A stretch of DNA of 64,000 nt from Chloroflexota bacterium (GTDB lineage: Bacteria > Chloroflexota > Dehalococcoidia > JAUQQI01). Positions within the stretch are counted from its first letter, which is position 1. Each line of letters opens with the position of its first letter. The position numbers and the translations under genes were made by a program. Below are positions 20,525 through 30,796 of the stretch, piece after piece. The stretch lies in the NCBI GenBank assembly GCA_040289115.1, contig PSKS01000001.1, forward strand, positions 16,081-80,080. Direction: 5' to 3'. A model generated the notes under the pieces. It did not search any database and had not been told where the DNA came from. It saw only the letters and a list, made by a program, of their open reading frames with translations.

Positions 20525-22531
20525 ATGCCGATTTATCGCTATTCCGAGTGGGACGGCACCCAGGACTTTAACCTCGACCCCGACGAGCTTCTAAAGGCCC
20601 TGTCGGACGACGTCCTGGCCCACGGGGATATCTCCCAGGCCCTACGTCAGCTTCTGCGCCGGGGTTTCATGCGTCCGGACGGGACCCGGTTTATGGGCCT
20701 GCAGGAGCTGATGCAGCGGGTCCGTCAGGCCCGTCAGCAGCGGCTCGACCGGTACAACCTGGGGTCGATCCTGGACGACATCCGCAAGAAGCTGGAGCAG
20801 GTCGTTCAGACCGAGCGGCAGGGGATCGAGCGCCGGCTGGCCGAGGCCCGGGCCCAGGCTCCCCAGGGGACCGATGACCCCCTGGTTAAGTTGATGGAGA
20901 AGGTCGCCCAGCGCAAGCTTGACTACCTCGATCAGCTTCCCCCCGACCCGGCCGGTCAAATCAAGGCCCTCAGCGACTACGAGTTTATGGACTCCGAGGC
21001 CCAGCGGCTCTTCCAGGAGCTTATGCAGATGCTCCAGGGCCAGGTGATGGATTCATTCTTCCGGAACCTTTACCAGCAGATTCAGAGCCTGACCCCGGAG
21101 GACCTGGCCCGGATCCGGCAGATGGTCCAGGAGCTTAACCGGATGCTGGAACAGCGGATGCGGGGTCAGGAGCCCGACTTCGACCGCTTTATCCGGCAGT
21201 TTGGGGATATGTTCGGGCCGAACCCGCCCCAAACCCTGGACGAACTGCTCGAGCAGATGCGTCAGCGGATGGCGATGATGCGGTCGCTCCTTGACTCCCT
21301 CTCCCCCCAGCAACGGCAGGCCCTCCAAGAGCTTTTAGAGTCGGTCCTCAAGGACGAAGGGCTTCGGCAGGAGCTGGCGGCCCTGGCCGCCAACCTGGAG
21401 TACCTGATGCCCAGCGACGACCTGCGCAACCGCTACCCCTTCCGGGGGGATGAGCCCCTCAGCCTGCAGGAGGCGATGCGGCTCATGGAGGAACTGCAGG
21501 CCCTCGACCGGCTCGAGCAGCAGCTTCGGGCCGCCGAGCAGGGCCGGGGCCTGGACGAAGTGGATGCCGAAAAGCTCCGCGAGCTTTTGGGCGAGGAGGC
21601 CCACCGGATGATGGAGGCCCTCCGGCAGATGGCCCGCCTCCTCGAGGAGGCCGGCTACATCCGGTCCAGGGGCAACCGCTGGGAGCTGACCCCCCGGGCC
21701 ATGCGGAAGATCGGCCAGAAGGCCCTCTATGATATTTTTAACCAGATTAAGAAGGACCGGTTCGGCAAGCACGAAACGGCCTACCGGGGACCAGGCAACG
21801 AGCGGGCCGAGGAGACCAAGCCTTACGAGTTCGGCGACCCCTTCCACCTCCAACTGGAAAGGACCCTGATGAACAGCCTGATCCGGGAGGGGCCGAAGGT
21901 TCCGGTTAAGCTCTCACCCAACGACTTTGAAGTCTATCAAACCCGACACACCAGCCAGACGGCCACAGTAATGATGCTGGACTTGAGCTGGTCGATGGGC
22001 CTGCGGGGCAACTTCTTTGCCGCCAAGAAGGTCGCCCTGGCCTTAAGCCAGCTCATCAAAACCCAGTTCCCCCGGGACGTGCTCTACATTGTCGGCTTCT
22101 CCAGGTATGCCCGCCAGCTTACCGAGCAGGAGCTGGCCGAGGCCACCGTTGACGAGTACTCTTACGGCACCAACATCCAACACGCCTTCATGCTGGCTCA
22201 GCGGCTCTTGGCCAAACACAACACAGCCAACAAGCAAATAATAATGGTCACCGACGGGGAACCCACCTCCCACATCGAGGGCGGCCGGGCCTTCTTCGCC
22301 TACCCGCCCACCCTTCGGACCCTCCAGCTCACCCTCCAGGAGGCCCGGAACTGCACCCGCCAGGGAATCATCATCAACACCTTCATGCTGGACCGCAGCT
22401 TCTACATGATGGAGTTTGTGGAGCAGCTCGCCCGGATAAACAAGGGGCGAATCTTTTACACAACCCCAGAGCGGCTGGGCCAGTATATTCTGGTGGACTA
22501 CCTGGCCAACAAGCGCCGGCGGATCGCCTAG
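20525..22531 (+). CDS. VWA-domain protein with long helical N-terminus (Rv0959-type), partner of the AAA ATPase
   Basis: YRYSEWDGTQ start, YEFGD, and a MIDAS motif DLSWS...GTN...TDGEPT. Confidence 0.88.
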   Translation: MPIYRYSEWDGTQDFNLDPDELLKALSDDVLAHGDISQALRQLLRRGFMRPDGTRFMGLQELMQRVRQARQQRLDRYNLGSILDDIRKKLEQVVQTERQGIERRLAEARAQAPQGTDDPLVKLMEKVAQRKLDYLDQLPPDPAGQIKALSDYEFMDSEAQRLFQELMQMLQGQVMDSFFRNLYQQIQSLTPEDLARIRQMVQELNRMLEQRMRGQEPDFDRFIRQFGDMFGPNPPQTLDELLEQMRQRMAMMRSLLDSLSPQQRQALQELLESVLKDEGLRQELAALAANLEYLMPSDDLRNRYPFRGDEPLSLQEAMRLMEELQALDRLEQQLRAAEQGRGLDEVDAEKLRELLGEEAHRMMEALRQMARLLEEAGYIRSRGNRWELTPRAMRKIGQKALYDIFNQIKKDRFGKHETAYRGPGNERAEETKPYEFGDPFHLQLERTLMNSLIREGPKVPVKLSPNDFEVYQTRHTSQTATVMMLDLSWSMGLRGNFFAAKKVALALSQLIKTQFPRDVLYIVGFSRYARQLTEQELAEATVDEYSYGTNIQHAFMLAQRLLAKHNTANKQIIMVTDGEPTSHIEGGRAFFAYPPTLRTLQLTLQEARNCTRQGIIINTFMLDRSFYMMEFVEQLARINKGRIFYTTPERLGQYILVDYLANKRRRIA

Positions 22532-23304
22532 CGGAACGTAAGGCCCAGGAGCCGTTCCAGGTAAAAGCGCAGGGCTGCAAGGCCCATAAGCTCGGCCAGG
22601 GCCACCCCCAGGGCCAGGCTGAGGCCGGGCAAAACCTCGACCCAGCCGTCGAAGCGCTGGGCTTTCCCGAGAATATAGAGGCCTACTACCAGGTTAAAGA
22701 GGCCCAGCAGAATCCAGACGCCCCCGACGCCTACCAACGAAACCGGGTAAAGCATGAGGGCCGAGCCCGAAGCGGCGGCCCCAAAAAGCCCGGCCTGCAG
22801 GAGGCCCACCGGCACCAGGTCGGCCCAGCGCACCGCCGGGCCGGGAGTCGGCTTATGCCAGAGGGCGCCCCCAACCACCGGCGCAAAGACCACCCCAATG
22901 CTTACCCCGGCCATAAGGCCGGTCCCGAGCCGAAGGGCGTTGGCCGGCGGGTATAGATGGGGTAAGCCCAGGTCGCTCAAAAAGGCGTTAAGGCCGTCGA
23001 GAGCCATTGTCCCAAAGAAGAGGAGCATGAGGCCTACCAGGCCCAGGGGCGGCAGGCCGGCGGGCCGAAGTCGCCGGCGGACCCAGAGCCAGCCCAGGGT
23101 TAAGAAGGCTCCCCCGTAGATCCCCACCATCCGGGCCTCCATGGGCGGCTGCGCCGAGCCCAGGAAAAGGGAGTGGCTGGGGCGCTGGGGACAGACCCCG
23201 GCCGCAAGAAAGTGGAACTTATCCAAAAGGCTGCCTGGGGTCAGGCTGAGACCGACCGCCAATAGAAAGGCTAGGGCAGCCGGCAGTATGAAACCTTTTT
23301 TCAA
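22528..23304 (-). CDS. DUF2085-like membrane protein
   Basis: VCPQRPSHS...ARMVGIY...DG...N.LR.GTG pattern and several TM helices. Confidence 0.7.
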   Translation of the reverse strand: MKKGFILPAALAFLLAVGLSLTPGSLLDKFHFLAAGVCPQRPSHSLFLGSAQPPMEARMVGIYGGAFLTLGWLWVRRRLRPAGLPPLGLVGLMLLFFGTMALDGLNAFLSDLGLPHLYPPANALRLGTGLMAGVSIGVVFAPVVGGALWHKPTPGPAVRWADLVPVGLLQAGLFGAAASGSALMLYPVSLVGVGGVWILLGLFNLVVGLYILGKAQRFDGWVEVLPGLSLALGVALAELMGLAALRFYLERLLGLTFR

Positions 23305-25820
23305 TGCCTGGTTAAGATCCGCCGGATGATCCGGCCCCGAAGGCGGCCCCAGGCCGCCGAAACCTGCGCCTGCTCGGCCGGGTTAAGCTGGCCTCGGCCG
23401 AAGCGCACCCTTATGAAGGCCCCGAAAACCGTCTCAATGTCGGCGGCCGCGTCGGCCAGCTCCGCCCGGAGCCGTTCGGCAAACTCCAGCGGGGTCTGCC
23501 ACGGGTAGGGCTTGAGGCCCGCCAACTGAGCCAGAACCACCACCTTTTCGTAGCTCTGGCTTACCAGGTCCATGGGGGCGAACCGGCGCCGCCACCAGAC
23601 CAGGCCGGCGCCCCCCAGCCCCAGCAGGGCCCCCGCCGGGATCACCGCCAGCCCAAGGAGGCTCCGGCCGAAGTCTGAGTCAGATTGTTCGCCGACAAAT
23701 TCACCCCCGTAAAACCCCTCGTCGGGCAGCATCTCCCCGGGCCCCAGACTACCCGGCCCTTCCCGGAGGACGTCGGCCCCGGCAACCTCACCGCCGGTCT
23801 CCTCGAGGCTTTCCACCCGGGGCACCCCTGCACCCGCCCGGGGAGACGGCTCGAAGTCGACCCAGCCGTACTCCGGGAAGTAAACCTGGGGCCACGAGTG
23901 GGCATCGGACTCCCGAACCTCGTAGGCGCCGATGTCGGGGTTGTAATTGCCGCTCATGTAGCCGACGGCTACCCGGGCCGGTATCCCGATGGAGCGGAGC
24001 ATCACCGCCATGGCCGATGCAAAGTAGTCGCAGTAGCCCCGCCTGAGGTCGAAAAGAAACCACTCGACCCCATCGCGGCCGGCCGGGGGCTGGGGGATAT
24101 TGGTGTCATACGGAAACTGCTGGAGGTAGGCCTCGATGGCCTTGGCCTTATCGTAGTTGTTGTTAAGACCCCGGGTAAGCTCCTGGGCCAGCTGACGAAT
24201 CCGGGCCGGGAAATTGGGGGGCAGCTGTAAGTAGCGGTCGACGATGTGCTGCGGGTAATTGGTCCCGGCCCGGCGTAGTTCCTGGCCGGTGGCCGCGGAA
24301 ATCGACGCCCTAACCGAGTATTGCTGGCCGAACCGGATGCCTCCGACCGGTCGCACGGCCGCCACGTCCATGTAGTTCGGCCGCCGCAGGTTCACCAGGA
24401 AGCTTGCCACCCGCCCGCCGCTAATGGTGGGGCCGTAGGCCGTGTATTCGGCCGGAAGGAGCCGCTGGATAAGGCCCAGCTGTTCCCTTTCGCCCAGGTC
24501 GGCCTGTTCCGAAAGGGCCTGCCGGATGTTATTAACGGCCGCCCGCAGCTCTTCCGGAAGCTGGGAGTCCCGGGTCCGGTCCCGCAGGTCGACCAGCATG
24601 GGGGCCGGCGGGTCGTACTCGACGACGACCGGAACGTTAAACTGCATCCCCTGCCCCCCCAAAAAGACCAGGCCGCTGGAGACCGCATTGAGGCGGACAA
24701 CCTCAACAATCTCTTCCCGGCCCTTGTACGCCGTGGTGGTCGTCAGGGCCATACCGGCCGAGAGCTGAACGGTCCGGCGCTCCCCTGAAAGCCATCCCTG
24801 CCCCGTATAGGTGTCGTAGGTGAGGCCCAGCCAGTAGTAGCGCCGGGGACTGAAAACGTAAAGCACCACCCGATTCCCCAGGGTGATGCTCCCCTTAAGG
24901 GCGAGGGTACGGCCGAAATAGGCGGTGTCCGTTCCTTCCTTGGCCGTTAAGGAGGCAAAGAGGCGGTTAAATTCTGACTGGGCGTCCTGGACCGGGGTAT
25001 TTATCCGGTTCCAGAGGTCGGCGATGAAGTTCTGTTCAGTGGAGGCCGGCATGATGGCGGCCACCGCTATAATCCCGACGACTACCACGGCCACGTTGGG
25101 CAAGACGGTAAGGCCCATCTCCCGGGAGTAGCGGATGCCGAAGAGGTCCCAGCGCCGTTGGAAGGTGTAGAAGTTAAGCCGCATCGCCAAAAGCAGGGCA
25201 GCAAATAAATACATAAAGAAATAAATCGTTAAGTGGGACGGGGCGTAGCGCAGGTTAAATAGCAGGGCGACTCCAACGGGAAGCATCGCCCCGACGGCGG
25301 AGCGCCGTCGGAAAACAAACCAGGCCGCGCTGTAGGCCAAAAACCAGGCCAGGCCGGTGACCATAAACACAAAGGGCAGGCTGTCGTTATTAATGCCGCC
25401 CGTCCGGGCAGCGTAGGCCCAGTAGTTGAGCCGGAGGATGAGGTCGACCAGGCGCTCCGGCCAGGTGGGCAGCCGGATCACGCTCTGGACGGCCCAGACG
25501 GTAACGACCAGCCCGTAGATGGCGGCTACCGGGTGGGTTAGGTAGCCCGGGAGCCTCGTCTTGGCCAACAGTGTTCCGAAGAGGAGTCCACCAATGGCGA
25601 TCTCGGCCAGGGGCGGCAGGTCTTCGACCCAGCGCGCCCCCTGGACGGCCCAGACGGCGCTCAGGAGGGCAAAAACTAGGATTGTCAGGGTGCTGAATCC
25701 CTCCTTGGGGTAGAGCCGCTCCAGGTTGACCTCCCGACCGAGCCGCCGGAGCAGAGCCGCCGGGCCTGGGGGTTCAGGTTGGGGTTCCGGGGGGCGGACG
25801 ATAACGTCTAGTTCTGCCAC
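23301..25820 (-). CDS. TgpA-like transglutaminase-domain membrane protein (DUF3488/TGase/DUF4129)
   Basis: Multi-TM N-terminus, GYCDYFASAM (Cys), AHSWPQVYF (His), WVDFEP. Start re-called to GTG 25820 with a GGAGGAG SD. Confidence 0.9.
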   Translation of the reverse strand: MAELDVIVRPPEPQPEPPGPAALLRRLGREVNLERLYPKEGFSTLTILVFALLSAVWAVQGARWVEDLPPLAEIAIGGLLFGTLLAKTRLPGYLTHPVAAIYGLVVTVWAVQSVIRLPTWPERLVDLILRLNYWAYAARTGGINNDSLPFVFMVTGLAWFLAYSAAWFVFRRRSAVGAMLPVGVALLFNLRYAPSHLTIYFFMYLFAALLLAMRLNFYTFQRRWDLFGIRYSREMGLTVLPNVAVVVVGIIAVAAIMPASTEQNFIADLWNRINTPVQDAQSEFNRLFASLTAKEGTDTAYFGRTLALKGSITLGNRVVLYVFSPRRYYWLGLTYDTYTGQGWLSGERRTVQLSAGMALTTTTAYKGREEIVEVVRLNAVSSGLVFLGGQGMQFNVPVVVEYDPPAPMLVDLRDRTRDSQLPEELRAAVNNIRQALSEQADLGEREQLGLIQRLLPAEYTAYGPTISGGRVASFLVNLRRPNYMDVAAVRPVGGIRFGQQYSVRASISAATGQELRRAGTNYPQHIVDRYLQLPPNFPARIRQLAQELTRGLNNNYDKAKAIEAYLQQFPYDTNIPQPPAGRDGVEWFLFDLRRGYCDYFASAMAVMLRSIGIPARVAVGYMSGNYNPDIGAYEVRESDAHSWPQVYFPEYGWVDFEPSPRAGAGVPRVESLEETGGEVAGADVLREGPGSLGPGEMLPDEGFYGGEFVGEQSDSDFGRSLLGLAVIPAGALLGLGGAGLVWWRRRFAPMDLVSQSYEKVVVLAQLAGLKPYPWQTPLEFAERLRAELADAAADIETVFGAFIRVRFGRGQLNPAEQAQVSAAWGRLRGRIIRRILTRH

Positions 25821-25837
25821 CGTGACTCCTCCATCCA

Positions 25838-25913
25838 ATGTTAGGCAGCGCAACCCAAAGTGTCAAACGCGGCCGGTGAGGGTTTGTCGGTGGCCGGGGT
25901 TTTGAGTCATAAT
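25838..25913. promoter_or_regulatory. Divergent promoter pair
   Basis: Minus strand: TTGACA (25861-25866), N17, TAACAT (25838-25843). Plus strand: TTGTCG (25884-25889), N18, CATAAT (25908-25913), 9 nt before ATG 25923. Confidence 0.55.
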
Positions 25914-25922
25914 CAGAAGAGC

Positions 25923-26885
25923 ATGGCCGCCGTTAGATGCCGTTTGATCATCAATCCGTCGGCCGGCGTTATGCTACCGCCTGCTCCCCCAGCCGAACGC
26001 ATCGCGCAAACCCTCAGTGAGGGCGGCTGGCAAGTGGACCTTACCCTCAGCACCGAACCCGGCTGCGTGCCCCGGCTTGCCCGGGAGGCCGCTGACCAGG
26101 GTTACGACGTGGTCATCGCTGGGGGTGGAGACGGTACAGTAAACGAGGCCCTGCAGGGGGTTGTCCACACCCCCACGGCCCTGGGGGTTATCCCCCTGGG
26201 CACGGCCAACGTCTTTGCCCGGGAAGTGGGAATTCCCCTCGACCCCATTCGGGCCGCCGAGCTTCTGACCCGCTGTGAAGTCCGCCGCCTGGACGTGGGC
26301 CTCACCAGCACCGGCCGGTATTTCCTCCTCTGGAGCGGTATCGGCTTCGACGCCGAGGTGGCCAAGCAGGCCGAGCTCCGATTCAAGCGCCAGCTCGGCA
26401 TCCTTGCCTACGTGGCCGCCGCCGTGCGCACCTTTTTCTGGTTTGAGGGAACCCGGGCCCACCTCGAGCTGGACGGCCGGAGGTTCCGCCGTCGGGTTCT
26501 GCTCATGGTGGTGGCTAACACCCGCCTTTACGCCTTATTTCCCCTCTCGGCCCACACCCGGCCCGACGACGGCCTCTTCGACGTGGTGCTTTTCGGCGGA
26601 CGGGGCTTCCTTACGAAGCTCCGGCACGTGTTCGGCTTCTTCTCCGGCCGGCACCTGCAACTGCCGAAGGTACTCAGGTTCACTGCCCGAACAGTGTCCA
26701 TTAGGAGCAACCGGCCCCTGCCGGTCCAGGTGGATGGCGAGCTTATCGGGACGACCCCGATGAGCTTTTACATCCAGCCGGCCGCCCTCCGTATCCTTCT
26801 GCCCCCCACCACCCCCTACGGCCACCCCGACGGCCGGTTGACCTACGGGGCCACTGCCCTGGCCCCGGACCGCTCCCTGCCATGA
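25923..26885 (+). CDS. Diacylglycerol kinase-family lipid kinase (YegS/BmrU)
   Basis: IINPSAG, GGDGTVNE, PLGTANVFA, GIGFDAEV and QVDGE motifs. Confidence 0.9.
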   Translation: MAAVRCRLIINPSAGVMLPPAPPAERIAQTLSEGGWQVDLTLSTEPGCVPRLAREAADQGYDVVIAGGGDGTVNEALQGVVHTPTALGVIPLGTANVFAREVGIPLDPIRAAELLTRCEVRRLDVGLTSTGRYFLLWSGIGFDAEVAKQAELRFKRQLGILAYVAAAVRTFFWFEGTRAHLELDGRRFRRRVLLMVVANTRLYALFPLSAHTRPDDGLFDVVLFGGRGFLTKLRHVFGFFSGRHLQLPKVLRFTARTVSIRSNRPLPVQVDGELIGTTPMSFYIQPAALRILLPPTTPYGHPDGRLTYGATALAPDRSLP

Positions 26886-28027
26886 TTCCCCGGGAGGAAT
26901 TCTACCGGCGTCAGGAGTCGGCCCGGAAACTGGCGGCCGAGGCCGGGTTTGCCGGGCTTCTGACCGTGGGCCGCTCTTTTTATGACCGGCCCGGCCCCCT
27001 GGCCTATTTGACCAACCACTTCCCCGCCTTTCCCGCAACGACCTTCGCCCCGGGGATGCGGGGCCTGGGCCACGGGTTTTTCATCCTGCCGGTGGTAGGC
27101 GACCCGGTCCTATGCATCGACCTTCGCAGTTACCGGAAGGACCTGGTGGCTGTCGAGGACATCCGCCAGGCCGGGGACCTGGTGGCCCTGGTGGCGGAGG
27201 TTCTACGGGAAAAGGGCCTTGCCGGGGCCCGATTGGGCCTGGCCGGGTGGGATATCCTTCCCCTGGCCTTTTACCAGGACCTCACCGGCCTGCTGCACGA
27301 GCTGAGGCTGGAGCCGGCCGATGACCTGCTAAACCGGCTGCGGCGGGTGAAGTCCGAAGCCGAGGTCGACCTCCTGCGTCAAGCCGCCCGCGTCGCCGGG
27401 GCGGGTTTGCAGGGGGCCCTTAAGGCCATCGAACCGGGGATTACCGAGGCAGAGGTGTGCGCCGCCGGCACCGCCGCTGCCCTCCAAGCCGGGGCGGATT
27501 TTGTACGCTACCTGCGGGTACATTCCGGTCCGTGGTCGGCGGCTGGTTCCCGCTGGCCCCAAGCCACCGACCGGCGCCTGGAGGCCGGCGACCTGGTGGC
27601 CCTGGATATTATCGGGGCCTTTCGGGGCTACCAGTTCGACGTCAACCGGAGCACTGTGGTCGGCGAAGCCGACCACCGGACCCGGCAGCTTCTGGAGGCC
27701 GTCTACCTGGCAAGCCGGCTGATGGTGGAGCACTGCTACCCCGGGGTTCCGGCGGCTGAGCTGGTTCGGATTGCCCGACGCGGCCTAGAGGAGCTGGGAT
27801 TCGGGGCCTACGCCGCGGCGATGATGGGCCACGGCATCGGCCTTGAAACCGTGGAACCCCCCTACCTAACGGCCGACGCCGAGGACATTCTGGAGCCAGG
27901 AATGGTCCTGGCGGTGGAACCTGGGGTCTTTATCCCGGGCTGGGGTGGGGCCAACATCGAAGAGGTCGTGGTGGTCCGGGACGGTCCCCCGGAGACCCTC
28001 ACCCTCATTCCGGCCTGGCTTTGGTGA
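26882..28027 (+). CDS. M24-family (pita-bread) metallohydrolase, Xaa-Pro peptidase-like
   Basis: RRVKSEAE, metal ligands D..GYQFD.NR, GHGIGL, VEPG and IEE. Confidence 0.85.
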   Translation: MIPREEFYRRQESARKLAAEAGFAGLLTVGRSFYDRPGPLAYLTNHFPAFPATTFAPGMRGLGHGFFILPVVGDPVLCIDLRSYRKDLVAVEDIRQAGDLVALVAEVLREKGLAGARLGLAGWDILPLAFYQDLTGLLHELRLEPADDLLNRLRRVKSEAEVDLLRQAARVAGAGLQGALKAIEPGITEAEVCAAGTAAALQAGADFVRYLRVHSGPWSAAGSRWPQATDRRLEAGDLVALDIIGAFRGYQFDVNRSTVVGEADHRTRQLLEAVYLASRLMVEHCYPGVPAAELVRIARRGLEELGFGAYAAAMMGHGIGLETVEPPYLTADAEDILEPGMVLAVEPGVFIPGWGGANIEEVVVVRDGPPETLTLIPAWLW

Positions 28028-29219
28028 GCAGGTTAAAGGCCGTTGCCAGGTAGACCTTTAGCTGGGTAACCAGCGAATCCACCAGCACGTGCTCGTCGGG
28101 GCCGTGGGCGTGGAAGCCCACCGGGCCGAAGACCACCGTGTCGATGCCGGCCTGCCGGTAAAGCCGACCGTCGGTGGCCCCCGCCCAGTCGACGAAAAAT
28201 TCCGGTTCCTTTCCGATGACCTGCTGGTAGGCCATCCGGATGGTCTGGACCAGCCGGCTGTTCGGGTCGGTCAGGTTTGCCGGCATAAAAGGTATCTGCC
28301 CTTCCTCAGCCTGGGTGAGGATCTCGTAGCCTCCGGCCCCGAACTCGGCCACTACCCGGTCCAGGGTCTGCCGGACCTCAGCCAGCACCGACTCCATGGT
28401 CTCCCCCGGCACTGTCCGCCGGTCGATGGTGATGACGGCCTCAGCCGGCACCTGATTGGGTGTCTGGCCTCCGTGGAACATGTTAACGCTGATGACCGGG
28501 TAGCCCACGGCGGGGTGGAACCGGTTTATGGGGCAGTCCAGGGCCACCACGGCCCGGGCGGCCAGGGCCACCGCGTTAACCCCCTCGGCCCGGGCGTAGG
28601 CCGTGTGGGTAGCCTTGCCCGTAAAGCGGACCTTGAACTGGAAGACGCCCCGCTCGGCGATCCGGAGCTTTAAATCGCTTTTCTCGCCCACCAAGACGGC
28701 GTCGGGCCGGGGCAGGACACCCGCCTGAATCTGCTCGATTAAAAAGCCGGTGCCGAAGTGACCACCCCGCTCCTCGTCCGAAACCAGCTGGAGCTGAACC
28801 TGCCCGGGCAAATCCGGGCAGTGGCGCCCGAGCAGGATGAGGGCGTAGGCCATGGCCGCGCACGAGCCCTTCATGTCCGAGGCCCCCCGGCCGTAAAGTT
28901 TCCCGTCGACGAGCTCGCCCGAGAAGGGCCCCACCGACCAGGCCCAGGGGTCCGGCACCGGAACCGTATCCAGGTGGCCGTTAAACACGAGGATGGGCCC
29001 GCCCCCGGACCCGACCCACCCAATGACGTTAGGCCGGTCCGGGTCCCGGGCCAGGACCCGGACGGCGATGCCGTGGTCGGCCAAAAGTTTTCGGGCAAAT
29101 TCCATCACGGCGGCCTCCTCGCCGCTTGGGCTTGGGATCCGGATAAATTCCCGGGCTATTTCCACCAGCTCGTCCGGGTTAACGGCCCCGATAAGCCCTT
29201 CAAGGCTGGTCGCCACCAT
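28005..29219 (-). CDS. M20/ArgE-DapE family metallo-deacylase
   Basis: NGHLDTVP, GRGASDMKG, SDEE, GATDG and AHGPDE motifs. Start ATG 29219 with a GGAGG SD. Confidence 0.9.
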   Translation of the reverse strand: MVATSLEGLIGAVNPDELVEIAREFIRIPSPSGEEAAVMEFARKLLADHGIAVRVLARDPDRPNVIGWVGSGGGPILVFNGHLDTVPVPDPWAWSVGPFSGELVDGKLYGRGASDMKGSCAAMAYALILLGRHCPDLPGQVQLQLVSDEERGGHFGTGFLIEQIQAGVLPRPDAVLVGEKSDLKLRIAERGVFQFKVRFTGKATHTAYARAEGVNAVALAARAVVALDCPINRFHPAVGYPVISVNMFHGGQTPNQVPAEAVITIDRRTVPGETMESVLAEVRQTLDRVVAEFGAGGYEILTQAEEGQIPFMPANLTDPNSRLVQTIRMAYQQVIGKEPEFFVDWAGATDGRLYRQAGIDTVVFGPVGFHAHGPDEHVLVDSLVTQLKVYLATAFNLLTKARPE

Positions 29220-29784
29220 TGGTCCCTCCCGTTGGGGTAATAAGTCCCAGCTCCTCGGCGGTGAAAAGGGGCTCGAAGTCGTAACCGGCCTGGCGGAGCC
29301 GCCCCCCACCCCCCTCCTGCCGGTCGACAACGGCCAGCACTTTTATAACCTTAGCCCCGGCGGCCTCGGCCGCCGCAATGGCACTTAAAAGGGTCTCCCC
29401 TGTCGTCACCGTATCCTCGACTATGACCGCCCGCATCCCAGGCGTAAGGGGCCCCTCCACCTGGCGGCCGGTCCCGTGTGCCTTCGGCTCCCGGCGAACC
29501 AGGAACCCGGCCAGGTTCCGGCCCCGCTGGTAGGCCAGCAGGCAGAGGCCCGCCACCAGGGGGTCGGCCCCAATGGTGGGGCCCCCGACGGCCTCAAATT
29601 CCAAGTCCCGCACTTTATCCCAGAGAAGCTCAGCCGTTAAGGCCAGGCCGTCCCCTGAAAGGGAGACCATCCGGGCATCGATATAGTAGTGGCTTTTGCG
29701 GCCCGACGAAAGGACCACCTCCCGGAAGCTTACGGCCCGCTCCAGGAGCATAAGCTTGAGCCGTTCCCGCAAAAGCTCCGACAT
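29200..29784 (-). CDS. pyrE: Orotate phosphoribosyltransferase
   Basis: LSSGRKSHYYIDAR, RREPKAHG and VEDTVTTG (PRPP-binding) motifs. Confidence 0.92.
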   Translation of the reverse strand: MSELLRERLKLMLLERAVSFREVVLSSGRKSHYYIDARMVSLSGDGLALTAELLWDKVRDLEFEAVGGPTIGADPLVAGLCLLAYQRGRNLAGFLVRREPKAHGTGRQVEGPLTPGMRAVIVEDTVTTGETLLSAIAAAEAAGAKVIKVLAVVDRQEGGGGRLRQAGYDFEPLFTAEELGLITPTGGTNGGDQP

Positions 29785-29794
29785 CTCAGCCGGC

Positions 29795-30796
29795 CTACCA
29801 GACGTAATTGCGGGCAAACTCGACGACCGCCCGCAGGTTCTCGGGCCGGGTGGTCGTCGGTATCGAACAGTCCGGGCCTAGGATGAACCGAACCCCGCCC
29901 GTCTCCGCCATGGCCCGGCGGGCCTCGGCCAGGGCCGCCTCGGGGTCCGGAGCTGTAAGAGCCCGGTGGCTTACGCCCCCAATTAGGGTCCTTTCGCCCA
30001 GGCGAGCCCGGGCTTCGCCCAGGGAGGGATTGGTCGGGGAGGTGGCCGCCCAGTTGACGGCCTGGACCGGGTAGTCGGCCAAGAGGTAGAGCATGCTGTT
30101 TTCCTGGCAAACATGAAGGATGTTGAACCAAGCCGATTGGACGGCCTTAAGGACTCGAAGGTCGTAGGGCCGGCCGAAGCGGGCGTATTCCTCCTCGGTC
30201 AGGAGGTTGCGGGTCGCCAGGGTTGTGGTGGCGAAGAAGATGCCGTCGGCCCCGGCTTCCAGGCAAGCCCGGGCGAAGGGGACGAAGGTCTGGGTTATGG
30301 CCTCGAGGGCCGCCTCCACCGCGGCGGGATACTCCCGGAGCCACCGCACAAGGGTGGAGTCCGAGCCCACCAGATCGGCCGCCACCGAAAGGGGGTTAAA
30401 GATGGTAGCCACCATGGGCACATCCGGGCCCAGCTCCCGGCGGATGAGCCCCAGGGCCTCCAACTGCTCACCCAAGGCCCCGGCGTCGGGGGCTACCGGC
30501 CGGATGCTCCCCAGGTCCTCGGGGGTGCGCACCGGGAAGGCCACCTGACGGGGCCGGTCATGGGGCCCGCCCTGGTATTCGAACCGGGCGCCCCAAGGCT
30601 CAACGTGATACTGGGCCCGGGGATTAACCTTCAAGAAGTCAAAGTCGTACTCCCGCTGCCAGGCGACCATCGCCCGGGCCAGGTCCCGGGCCGAAGACTC
30701 CTGGTCGTAGAAGTGCCGCCAGAAGGCGTAGGGCGACCGGTCCGGCCGCTCCCCGGCCAGAACCCGTCGAATCCGTTCCCGGTGGGTGAGGCTCAT
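29795..30796 (-). CDS. UroD/MtaA-CmuA superfamily protein
   Basis: RIRRVLAGERPDR, LEAGADGIF, zinc-type HVC and LGPDC motifs. TGATG coupling to the upstream aldolase. Confidence 0.82.
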   Translation of the reverse strand: MSLTHRERIRRVLAGERPDRSPYAFWRHFYDQESSARDLARAMVAWQREYDFDFLKVNPRAQYHVEPWGARFEYQGGPHDRPRQVAFPVRTPEDLGSIRPVAPDAGALGEQLEALGLIRRELGPDVPMVATIFNPLSVAADLVGSDSTLVRWLREYPAAVEAALEAITQTFVPFARACLEAGADGIFFATTTLATRNLLTEEEYARFGRPYDLRVLKAVQSAWFNILHVCQENSMLYLLADYPVQAVNWAATSPTNPSLGEARARLGERTLIGGVSHRALTAPDPEAALAEARRAMAETGGVRFILGPDCSIPTTTRPENLRAVVEFARNYVW

